Positions 1 through 10,938 of a stretch of 64,000 bases of DNA are shown here, piece after piece. Numbering within the stretch: the stretch's first letter is position 1; every line of letters begins with the position of its first letter. The stretch is from Squalus acanthias (Eukaryota). The stretch covers positions 3,162,001 through 3,226,000 of the forward strand of contig JASTWF010000034.1 of assembly GCA_030390025.1 (NCBI GenBank). Direction: 5' to 3'. A program made the position numbers and the translations under genes. The notes below the pieces were generated by a model. That model did not search any database, had not been told where the DNA came from, and saw only the letters and a program-made list of their open reading frames with translations.

Positions 1-1265
1 ACAGAATAAAGTTACAGTTAATTTTTTATTTGACATGATATCCTGTACACACGAGAATAAAGTTACAGTTAAATTTTATTTTGACATAATATCCTCTACA
101 CCGGGGAATAAAGTTAATTTAATTGTTAATTTGACACGATATCTCCTGCACTGGGGAAAATAGTTACAGTTAATTGTTAATTTAGACATGATACTCTCCA
201 CACCAGAGAATGAAGTTACAGTTAATTGTTAATTTAGAAATGATGCCCTCTACACTGAACAATAAAGTTACAGTTAATTGTTATTTTTTGACATGGTGCC
301 CTCTACACCGGGGAATAAAGTTACAGTTAATTGTTAATTTGAATGATATCCTCTACACTGGGGAATAAATTTATAGTTAATTGTTAATTACGAAGTGATG
401 CCCTCTACAATGGTGAATACAGTTACAGTTAATTGTTAATTGAGACATGATACCTTCTGCACACGGGAATAAATTTACCGTTATTTGTTAATTCAGATAT
501 GTTTCCCTCTACACCGTGAAATAAAGTTACAGTTAATTGTAAATTAAGGAAAGTTTACCACCACACCAGTGAATAAAGATACTGTCAATTGCTAATTTAA
601 CATGATACCCTCTACACCAAGGTGTAAAGTTGCAGTTGTTGCTAAATTAGACATCATGCCCGCTGCACTGATGATATCAGGTTACAGGTAATTGTTAATT
701 TGATATGAAACCCTCTACACCGGGGAATAAAGTTACAGTTAATTGTTAATTTTGCATGTAGCCCTCAACTCCGGGGATTAAAGTTGAAGTGAATTGTTAA
801 TCTGTCATGATACCCTCTGCACTGGGGAAGAAAGTTACAGTTATTTGTTAATTTGACATGATGACCTCTACCCCGGGGAATAAAGTTAAAGTTGATTGTT
901 AATTGAGACATGATGACCTCTACACCGGGGAATAAGTTTACAGTAAATTGTTAATTTCGACATGATAAACTCTGCAATCTGGATTAAAGTAACAGTTAAT
1001 TGTTAATTTGGACATGATATCCTCTACACCAGAGAATAATGTTACAGATACTTTTTAATTTGACATAATATCCTCTAAACCGGGGAATACAATTACAGTT
1101 AATTGTTAATTTTTCATGATGCGCTCTACACCGGGGAATAAAGTTACAGTTAAATGTTAATTTTTCATGATGCCCTCTACACCGGGAAATAAAGTTGAAG
1201 TTAATTGTTCTTTTGACATGATATCCTCTACACCGGGAAATAAAGTTATAGTGAATTGTTCATTT

Positions 1266-1894
1266 GCAGTAAGGGCACAGCAGTCATCATGGGTGACTTT
1301 AATTTACATATAGATTGGGCTAACCAAATTAGTAAAAGTACCGTGGAGGAGGAATTCCTAGAATGTTTACGGGATGGTTTTCTGGAACAATATGTCGAGG
1401 AACCAACCAGAGATCAGGCCATCTTAGACTGGGTATTATTTAACGAGAAAGGATTAATTACCAATCTTGTTGTCCGTGGCCCCTTGGGTCAGAGTTATCA
1501 TAATATGATAGAATTCTTCATTAGGACGGAGAGTGAATTAGTTGAATCAGAGACTAGGGTCCTGAATTTAAATAAAGGAAACTTCGATGGTTTGAGGCGC
1601 GAATTGGGTAGGATTGATTGGGGAATGTCACTGAAAGGGTTGACGGTGGATAGGCAATGGCAAACATTCAAAGACTGCATGGATGAACTACAGAGAAAAA
1701 GATTAGTGAAATCAAGTGTAGGTCCCTTGCAGTCAGAAGCGGGGGCAGTTATAATTGGGAACAAAGAAATGGCAGACCAATTAAATGCATATTTTGGTTC
1801 TGTCTTCACAAAGGAGGTCATAAATAACCTCCCAGAGATGTTGAAGAACATAGGTTCTGATGAAAGGGAAGTCATGAAATATATTCAAGAATGA
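1266..1894 (+). pseudogene. Fragment of LINE ORF2 (C-terminal part of the APE-like endonuclease plus linker)
   Basis: ORF track 1256..1894. Its TTG start lies in satellite sequence, so it is not a real start. The N-terminal endonuclease and the whole reverse transcriptase are missing. Confidence 0.85.
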
Positions 1895-2054
1895 GTTAGA
1901 TATATTTCTTAAAGATAAAGGTATCAAGGAATATGGGGAGAAGGCAGGTACAGGGTACTTAGTTTGGATGATCAGCCATGATCTCATCGAATGGTGGAGC
2001 AGGCTCGAGGGTTCAAATGGCCTACTCCTGCTCCTATCTTCTATGTTTCTATGT
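1266..2054 (+). mobile_element. CR1-clade LINE, 5'-truncated and internally deleted (endonuclease end, linker and 3' end; no RT domain)
   Basis: Translation has AP-endonuclease motifs VIMGDFN, FLEQYVEEPTR..AILD and SYHNMIEF (degenerate SDH), then linker VGPLQ..NKEMADQLNAYFGSVFTKE. From 1878 another frame reads NIFKNELDIFLKDKGIKEYGEKAG, resembling the CR1 ORF2 C-terminus. It ends in the octamer tail TTCTATGTTTCTATGT. Satellite phase resumes at AGACATG (~2056). Confidence 0.92.
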
Positions 2055-5000
2055 AAGACATGATTCCATCTACACCGGCGAATATAGTAATAGTTAATTC
2101 ATAATTTGACAAGATACACTCTATATCATGGAATAAAGTTACAGTTCATTGTTAATTTAGACATGATACTCTCTACAACGGGGAATAATGTTTCAGTTAA
2201 TTGTTAATGTGACATGATACCCTTTACACCGGGGATGAAGTTACAGTTGATTGTTAATTTGACATGATACCCTCTACACCAGGTAATAAATTTACAGTTA
2301 ACTGTTAATTTGACATGATACCCTCCACACCAGGGATTAAAGTTACAGTTAATTGTTAATTTAGACATGATATCCTCTACACTGTGGAATAAAGTTACAG
2401 TTAATTGATAATTTACACATGGTATCATCTACACCAGAGAACAAAGTTACAGTTAATTGTTAATTGAGACATGTTTTCCTCTACACTGGGGAATTTTGTT
2501 ACAGTTAATTGTTAATTTAGACATTATATCCTCTACACCAGAGAATAAAGTTACTGTTAATTTTTAATTTGACGTGATACCCTCTACACCAGAGAATAAA
2601 TTTACAGTTATTTGTTAATTTGACATGACACCCTCTACACCGGGGAATAAAGTTACAGTTAATTTTTAATGTGACATGATACCCTCTACAACAGGGAATA
2701 AAGTTATAGTTAATTGTTAATTTGACATGATATCCTCTGCACCAGAGAAAAAAGTTACAATAACTTGTTAATTTGATATAATACCCTCTACACCAGGGAA
2801 TACATTTCCAGTTATTTGTTAATTTGACATGATAGCTTCTTCACCAGAAATAAAGTGACAGTTAATTGTTAATTTTACATGATGCACTCAACACCGGGGA
2901 ATAAATTTGAAGTGGTTTGTTAATCTGTCATGATAACCTCTATACTGGGGAATAAAGTTACACTTAATTGTTAATTTAGACATGATACCCTCTACACTGG
3001 GGAATAAAGTTAGAGTTAATTGTTATTTAGGCATGAGACCCTCTACACCGGGGAATAAGTTTACAGTTAATTGTTAATTTAGACATGATACCCTCTACAC
3101 CGGGGAACAAAGTTACAGTTAATTGTTAGTTTGACATGATACCCTCTACACTGGGGAATAATGTTACAGTTAATTGTTAATTTGATATGATACCCTCTAC
3201 ACCAGCGAAAAAACGTTACAGCTAATTGTTAATTTGACATGATAATCTCTGCACTCGGGAATAAAGTTGCCGTTAAATGTTAATTTGACATGATACCCTC
3301 TACACTGGGGAATTAAGTTACAGTTAATTGTAACTTTGACAAGATGACCTCTACCCCGGGGAATAAAGTTACAGTTCATTGATAATTGAGAGACGATACC
3401 CTCTACACCGGGAAATAAGTTTACAGTTAATTGTAAATTTTGACTTCATACACATTACACCGGGGAATAAAAGTACACTCAATTGTTAATTTGACATGAT
3501 ACCCTCTGCACCGGGGAATAAAGTAAATGTCAATTGTTAATTTAGGCATGAAACCCTCGACAACAGGGAATAAAGTTAGAGTTAATTATTAATTTGATCT
3601 GATATCCTCTACACTTGGGAATAATATTAAAGTTAATTGTTAATTTTGAAATGATAACCTCTGCACCGGAGAATAAAGTTATAGTTAATTGTTAATTTGA
3701 CATTATGTCCTCTAGACCGAGGAATAAAGTTACAGCTAATTGCTAATTTGTCATGATAACCTCTGCACTGGGGAAAAAAGTTACCGTTAATTGTTAATTT
3801 AGACATGATACCTTCTACACAGGGGAATAAAGTTACAGTTAATTGTTAATTTAGACAGGATTCGCTCAACATCGGGGAATAATCTTACTGTTAGTTGTTA
3901 AGTTACACATGATTTTCTCTACACAGGGGAATAAAGTTACTGTTGATTGTTAATTTAGACATGATAAGCACTACACCAGGGAATAATGTGACAGTTAATT
4001 TATAATTTGACATGATATCCTGTACACAAGAGAATAATGTTACAGTTAATTTTTAAATGACATAATATCCTCTACACCGGGGAATAAAGTTAATTTAATT
4101 GTTAATTTGACAAGATGCCCTCTACACTGGTTAAATCTTACAGTTAATTCTTAATTTGACATGATACCTTCTACACGAGAGAATAAAGTAACAATTATTT
4201 TTTAATTTGACATGATATCCTTTAAACTGGGGAATAAAGTTACAGTTAATTGTTAATTTGAAATGATTCCCTCTGCACCGGGGAAAAACTTAACAGTCAA
4301 TTATTAATTTGACAGGATACCCTATACACCGGAGAATACAGAATCAGTTAGATGTTAATTTGACATGATGCACTCTACACCAGGGAATAAAGTTACAGTT
4401 AATTGTTTATTAAGACATGACGCCCTCCAAACTGGTGAATAAAGTTACAGTTAATCCCTAATTTAGTCATAATACCCTCTACACTGTGGAACATGTTACA
4501 GTTTATTGTTAATTTAGAAATGATATCCTCTGCACGTGAGAATAAAGTTACAGTGCATTATAAATTTGACATGATATCCTCTACACCAGGGAATAAAGTT
4601 ACAATTGATTGTTAATTTAGACATGATACCCTCTACACCAGAGAATAATATTACAGTTAATTGTTAATTTGACATGATGATGCCCACTACACCATGGAAT
4701 AAAGTTACAGTTAAATATTCATTTTGAGATGATGCCCTCCACACCGGGCCATAAATTTAAAGCTAATTGTTGATTTGGACCTGATACCTTCTACACCGGG
4801 GAAATAAAGTTACAGGCAATTGTTTTTTTGACATGATATCCTCTACACTGGGGAATAAATATACAGTCAATTGCGAATTTGAAATTATACCCTATTCACC
4901 GGGTAATAAAATTACAGTTAATTGTTAATTTAGACCTGATACCCTCTACACCGGGGAATAAAGTTATGGTCAGGTGTTAATTTGACATGATACCATCTAC

Positions 5001-8000
5001 AACGGGGAATAAAGTTACAGTTAATTGTTAATTAGACATGTTACCCTCAACATCTGGGAATAAAGTTACAATTGATTGTTAATTTGCTATGATACCCTCT
5101 ACAACGGGTAAAAAAGTCACAGTTAATTGTTAATTTGATATGATACCCTCTAGACCGGGGAATAAAGATACAGTTAATTGTTCATTTGAAATGGTACCCT
5201 CTGCACTGCGGAATAAAGTTACAGTTAATTGTTAATTTAGACATGATACTCTCTACACCGGGTAATAATGTGACAGTTAATTGTTAATTTGACATGATTC
5301 CCTCTACACCGGGGAATCAAGTTACAGTTAATTGTTAATTTGAAATTATGCCCTCTACACCGGGGAATAAATTTACAGTAAATTGTTAATTTAGACATGA
5401 TAGCTTCTACACAGGGGAATAAATTTAAAGTTAATTCTAAATTTAGACACGATGCCCTCTACATCGGGGAATAAAGTTACCGTTCATTGTTAATTTTGAA
5501 ATGATTTTCTGTACACAGGGGAATAAAGTTACAGTTAATTGTTAATTTAGAAATGATTCCTTCTACATCGCAGAATAAATTTACAGTTCATTGTTAATTG
5601 AGACATGATAATCTTAACAATGGGGAATAAAGGTACAGTTAATTGTTAATTTAGACATGATATCCTCTACACCAGGGAATAAAGTTACAGTTAAATTTTA
5701 ATTTAATTTATATCCTGTACACAAGAGAATACATTTACAGTAAATTTTAATTGGACATGATATCCGCTGCACCGGGGTAAAAAGTTACAGTTAATTGTTA
5801 ATTTGACATGATGCCCTCTACACTGCGGAATAAAATTACAGTTACATGTTAATTTTGACATGACGCCCTCTACACCGGGGAATAAAGTTACAGTTAATAA
5901 TTAATTTGACATGATACCCTCAACACCGGGGAATAAAGTTGAAGTTAATTGTTAATCTGTCATGATACCATCTACAACCGGGGAATAAAGTTACAGTTAA
6001 TTGTTGATTTTACATGATGCCCTCAACACCGGGGAATAAAGAGGCAGTTAATTGGAAATGGTACCCTCTAAACCGGGGAATAAATTTACAGTTAATTGTT
6101 AATTTGACATGATGCCCTCTACACTGCGGAATAAAGTTACAGTTAATTGTTAATTTGACATGATACCATCTACACCAGGGAATAAATTTACATTTAATTT
6201 TTGATTTTACATGATGCCCTCAACACCGGGGAATAAAGTTGAAGTTAATTGTTAATCTGTCATGATACCCTCTACACTGGGGAATAAAATTACACTAAAT
6301 TGTCAATTTAGACATGAGACCCTCTACAACAGAGAATAATGTTACAGCTAATTGTTGAATTGACGTGATACCCTCCACACTGTGTAATAAAGTTACAGTC
6401 ATTTTTTTGGAACATGATAATCTCTACATCGGGGAATAAAGAGGCAGTTAATTGGAAATGGTATCCTCTGAACCGGGGAATAAAGTTACAGTTAATTGTT
6501 AATTTGACATGATACCCTCTACACCGTGGAATAAAGTTATAGTTAATTGTTAATTTTACATGATACCCTCTACACTGGGGAATAAAGTTACAGTTAATTG
6601 TTAATTTGACATGATATCCTCTACACCGGGGAATAAAGTTATCGTTAATTGTTAATTTAGACATGATGCCCTCTACACCCGAAAATAAAGTTACACTTAA
6701 TTGTTGAATTTACATGATGCTCTCTGCACTGTGGAATAAAGTTACAGTTAATTTTGTTTAACATTGTAATCTCTACACTGGTATATAAAGATACAGTTAG
6801 TTTGAAATGGTATCCTCTACACCGGGGAATAAAGTTATAGTTAAATGTTAATTTCGACGTGATGCCCTCTACACTGGTGAATAAAGTTACAGTTCATTGT
6901 TAATTTAGACATGATACCTTCTACACAGGGGATTAAATGTACAGTTATTTGTTAATTTAGATATGTTTCCCTCCACACTGTGAAATCAAGTTACAGTTAA
7001 TTGTAAATTTAGAAAAGTTTTCCACCACACCAGGGAATAAAGTTACTGTCAATTGCTAATTTGACATTATATCCTCCACACCGGGGAATACAGTTACCTT
7101 TAATTGTTAATTTAGACATGATACCCTCTACACCAGAAAATAAATTTACAGATAATTGTTGAATTATCATGATACCCTCTACACTGTGGAATAAAGTTAC
7201 ATTTATTTTTTTTAACATGGTAATCTCTACACTGGGGAATAAAGATACAATAATTTGAAATGGTACCCTCTACACCGGGGGACTAAAGTTACAGTTAATT
7301 GTTAATTTGACATGATACCCTGTACACCGGGGAATAAAGTTACAGTTAATTGTTGATTTTACATGATGCCCTCAACACCGGGGAATAAAGTTGAAGTTAA
7401 TTGTTCATCTGTCATGATACCCTCTAAACTGGGGAATAAAATTACAGTAAATTGTCAATTTAGACATGAGACCCTCTACACCAGAGAATAAAGTTACAGC
7501 TAATTGTTGAATTAACGTGATACCCTCCACACTGTGTAATAAAGTTACAGTCATTTTTTTTGAACATGTTAATCTCTACACCGGGGAATCAATTGGAAAT
7601 GGTACCCTCTTCACCGGGGAATAAAGTTACAGTTAATTGTTAATTTCGACAATGGGGCCCTCTACACTGGGGAATATAGTTACAGTTCATTGTTAATTGA
7701 GACGTGATAACCTTTAATCCGGGGAATAATTTTACAGCTAATTGTTAATTTAGACATGATAAACTCTGCACTGTGGATTAAAGTAACAGATAATTGTTAA
7801 TTTAGACATGATATCCTCTACACCACAGAATAAAGCTACAGTTAATGTTTAATTAGATATGATATTCTGTACACGAGAGAATAAATTTACAGTTAATTTT
7901 TAATCTGACATAATATCCTCTACACCGGGGAATAAAGTTAATGTAATTGTTAATTTGACAAGATACCCTCTACACTGGGGAAAAATGTTACAGTTAATTG

Positions 8001-10472
8001 TTAATTTAGACATGATACTCTCTACACCAGAGATCAAAGTTACAGTTAATTGTTAATTTAGACATGATACCCTCTACACCAGAAAATAAAGTTACAGTTA
8101 ATTGTTGAATTTCCATGATACCCTCAACACTGTGGAATAAAGTTACAGTTATTTTTTTTTTATATCGTACTCTCTACACTGGGGTATACAGATACAGTTA
8201 ATTTGAAATGGTACCCTCTGAACCGGGAAAAAATTACAGTTAATTGTTAATTTTGACGTGATACACTCTACACCCTGGAATAAAGTTAAAGTCAATTGTT
8301 AGTTTGATATGATACCCTCGGCACCGGGGAATAAAGTAAAGTTCAATTGTTAAATTAGACATTAAATCCTCTACACCGGGGAATAAATTTACAGTTAATT
8401 GTTAATTCGACATGATGTCCGCTACACTGGTGAACAAAATTATAGTTAATTGTTAATTTCGACGTGACGCCCTCTACACCGGTGAATAAAGTTACAGTTA
8501 ATTGATAATTTAGATATGATGCCTTCTACATACGAGAATAAATTTACATTTATTTGTTAATTCTGATATGTTTCCCTCCAATCCGTGAAATAAAGTTACA
8601 GTCAATTTTAAATTAAGAAAAGATTCCCACCACACCAGTGAATAAAGTTACTGTCAATTGCTAATTTGACATGATACCCACTACACCCGGGTATAAAGTT
8701 ACAGTTAATTGTTAATTTAGACATGATACCCTCTACACCCGGGAATAAAGTTACAGTTAATTGTTAATTTGACATGATACCCTCTACAATGGGGAATAAA
8801 GTTACAGTTAATTATTAATTTGACATGATGCCCTCAACACCAGAAAATAAAGTTACACTTAATTGTTGAATTTACATGATGCTCTCTGCACTGTGGAATA
8901 AAGTTACAGTTAATTGTTAATTATGACATGATGCACTCAACACCGGGGAATAAAGTTGAAGTGATTTGTTAATCTGTGATGATACCCTCTATACTGGGGA
9001 ATAAAGTTACAGCTAATTGTTAATTTGAAATGATAACCTCTGCACTGGGGAATAAAGTTACAGTTAATTGTTAATTTGACATGAGACCCTCTACACAGGG
9101 GAATAAAGTTACAGTTCATTGTTAATTGAGAGACGATACCCTCTACACCGGGGAATAAGTTTACAGTTAATTGTTAATTGAGACATGATACGCTCTACAC
9201 TAGAAAACAAAGTTACAGTTAATTGTTAATTGACATGATGCCCTCTGCACTGCGGAATAAACTTACAGTTAATTGTTAATTTTGACATGATACACTCTAC
9301 ACCGGGGTATAAATTTACACTCAATTGTAAATTTGACATGATACCCTCTGCACCGGGGAATAAAGTAAATGTCAATTGTTTATTTAGGCATGAAACCCTC
9401 GACAACAGGGAATAAAGTTAGAGTTAATTATTAATTTGATTTGATATCCTCTACACTGGGGAATAATGTTAAAGTTAATTGTTAATTTTGATATGATAAC
9501 CTCTGCACAAGAGAATAAAGTTACAGTTATTTTTTTATTTGACATTGTGCCCTCTACACTGCGGAATAAAATTACAGTTAAATGTTAATTTTGACATGAT
9601 GACCTCTACACCGGGCAATAAAGTTACAGTTAATTGTTAATTTAGACATGATACCTTCTACACAGGGGGATAAAGTTACAATTTAATTATTGAATTGACA
9701 TGATTCCCTCTACACTGTGCAATAAAGTTAATCATTTTTTTAACATGATAATCTCTACACCGGGGAATAATGTTACAGTTAATTGTTAATTTCGACATGA
9801 TACACTCTACACCTGGGAATAATGTCGGCTTCACAAAATCCCCCAGAAACTCGAACAGAACCCTAAGTGAAGTGATTGGAGGTAAAACACTCCGTTTTGG
9901 AATTTTTTAAAGATCAGGGAAGAAAAACCCTGAGGAAAATGAGTTTTTGAATCTTACTGTTGGGAAAGACACCTTTCACAGGCACCGATAGGCTGCGGAG
10001 CGGCGTGGCCAGGCAGTGGACAGCTTTGGGTATTGGGGCCCAATCAAGCTGCATGGGAATGTGTTTACACTGCCTGCCTACCAAGAAGGAAGAGACAAAC
10101 CCAAAAGCCTCACACACACATCGAAATATGAATAATCGAAGACCTCTTTGAAATTCCCAGGCCCAAACAGGATACCTGAAGCCTGAAATCAATAAAACAT
10201 TTAGTGCCCCAATTTACTTCATCAAAAACCAATCAACCAGGTATCCACAGGACGGATTTAAAGTGCGCCAAAAACCTAGGACAATAGGGACAAGATTTGG
10301 TGCGTAGATAAAGGCCTTGCCTAAATCGGAAGCTATCAGGACATGTTTAACACCAAGTTGAAGCCATCGAAACTGACAAGCCCGCCAAAACTAAGACAAT
10401 GGAGTAAACAGGGCTCATTTGAAATCTAAAGGAAACCGTTTTAGTAAGGGGTTTTGGGCGCGAAAAGGAAAG

Positions 10473-10477
10473 TATAA
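10473..10477 (+). promoter_or_regulatory. Putative LTR TATA box
   Basis: AAGTATAATGG, about 25 bp upstream of a CT-rich tract, as is usual near an LTR U3/R boundary. Motif evidence only. Confidence 0.45.
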
Positions 10478-10543
10478 TGGGGGGCCTAATGTCACAAGAC
10501 TCTCTCTCTGGACTCGCTGACAACGCACTCAACGCTCGCACAG

Positions 10544-10562
10544 CTCTCTCTCTCTCTCTCTC
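10544..10562 (+). repeat. (CT)n microsatellite inside the LTR
   Basis: CTCTCTCTCTCTCTCTCTC; a shorter tract lies at 10500-10509. Confidence 0.9.
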
Positions 10563-10932
10563 AGCTCTGCTCCAGCAAAGACACCACAAGCCACGAGGAG
10601 AAGGAGGAAAGAAGGCCAACAACTTCACAAACAGACCAACACACAAGAAGAAACCAGCGCGACTGCCTCAGTGACCATCGGACACCTCGCGGCAACAAGG
10701 GCCTTACGAAACCTTTTACTCAAAAGACTCTAAACCCTAACTCTCAACTCTCAAGGAATCGTTCGGTGAGCATTATCCCTGATCTCCTGAAACCAAAACC
10801 TAGCTAGATAGTGGGATTTTTGGGATGGGCAAGGTTTTTTTTGTATATTGTCGGTCTCCCTCGTCTGTACCGTGCATCCCCAACCTGTGTTCAAGTATTA
10901 AGTGTGTTTTAAATTTGTTACCTTTTTCTTTT

Positions 10933-10938
10933 AATAAA
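10933..10938 (+). promoter_or_regulatory. Putative LTR polyadenylation signal
   Basis: AATAAA 150 bp before the LTR 3' end, following a T-rich stretch. Confidence 0.5.

Noticed and set aside
1498..1987. Minus-strand ORFs of 125 and 68 aa
   Set aside because: They are antisense shadows of the LINE fragment.
9914..10674. Four short ORFs inside the LTR
   Set aside because: They overlap on both strands, are partly microsatellite-derived, and have no gag, pol or env motifs.
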